Origin: an uncultured Candidatus Saccharibacteria bacterium
Lineage (GTDB): Bacteria; Patescibacteriota; WWE3; 9FT-COMBO-53-11
Direction: 5' to 3'
DNA: 64,000 nucleotides
Assembly (NCBI GenBank): GCA_964348395.1
Contig: CAYGCK010000001.1
Location: 85,018 to 149,017, forward strand
Shown piece after piece: positions 63,883 through 64,000 of this stretch. The number at the start of each line of letters is the position of its first letter. The stretch's first letter is position 1. Under the pieces are notes generated by a model, which saw only the letters and a program-made list of their open reading frames with translations, made no database searches and was not told where the DNA came from. A program made the position numbers and the translations under genes.

Positions 63883-64000
63883 GAAAGATTTTTTGGATTC
63901 TTCTTATCATCCTGGTCTTAATCGGCGGCGGGTATTACCTGTGGCGGCAGGGTTTTCTGGACCCTTATCTAGGGTCCTATCTACCGTCCCCGCAATACGA
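63879..64000 (+). CDS. hypothetical membrane or secreted protein, 3' end truncated by window
   Basis: ATGA overlap with the upstream stop. Reads MRKIFWILLIILVLIGGGYYLWRQ... Confidence 0.4.
   Translation, partial: MRKIFWILLIILVLIGGGYYLWRQGFLDPYLGSYLPSPQY

Overview
The 64 kb window is bacterial chromosomal DNA of about 50-55% GC, with densely packed genes on both strands. Gene content (split transketolase, eukaryotic/archaeal-type ATP-dependent DNA ligase, stand-alone 5'-3' exonuclease, sortase, many small hypothetical membrane proteins) suggests an uncultivated, possibly Patescibacteria/CPR-like lineage; this is an inference, not a database result.

Secure housekeeping calls are rpoD (5' partial), trpS, ftsH, fpg/mutM, recF, pcm, rpiB, rpe, split transketolase, class II aldolase, a P-type ATPase, an ABC exporter pair, a XerD-like recombinase, an AlkD-like repair protein and a 600-aa ATP-dependent DNA ligase. 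A GH5-like/GH1/GT2 glycan cluster lies at 2.0-5.0 kb, with a second GH5-like paralog at 25.8 kb. Three tRNAs are present: Asn-GTT, Met-CAT and the unusual Ile-TAT.

The 15-23 kb segment is accessory-like. It holds an orphan Flp pilin with a clean promoter and terminator, a REC-only response regulator flanked by two identical terminator hairpins, and GC-rich secreted proteins. It also holds zinc-ribbon mini-proteins, a DnaB N-terminal domain relic, a thioredoxin-CcdA fusion, two divergent tandem paralogs, and a sortase next to a secreted protein whose C-terminal sorting signal is not LPXTG. The giant beta-helix protein at 6.1-8.7 kb carries the same kind of sorting signal.

The most interesting non-coding signals are four:
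- a roughly 90-nt leader duplicated upstream of the DUF2207 gene and the PfkB kinase gene, with a covarying hairpin and a conserved ATG-TTC-CTC-AAA start;
- a roughly 300-nt hairpin-rich, ORF-free region ending in a strong terminator between the ABC operon and an RRM protein gene, a candidate ncRNA;
- a 24-bp perfect palindrome present at two convergent gene junctions;
- recurring low-complexity A/T-rich 5' leaders.

No CRISPR array, rRNA or clear transposon was seen.
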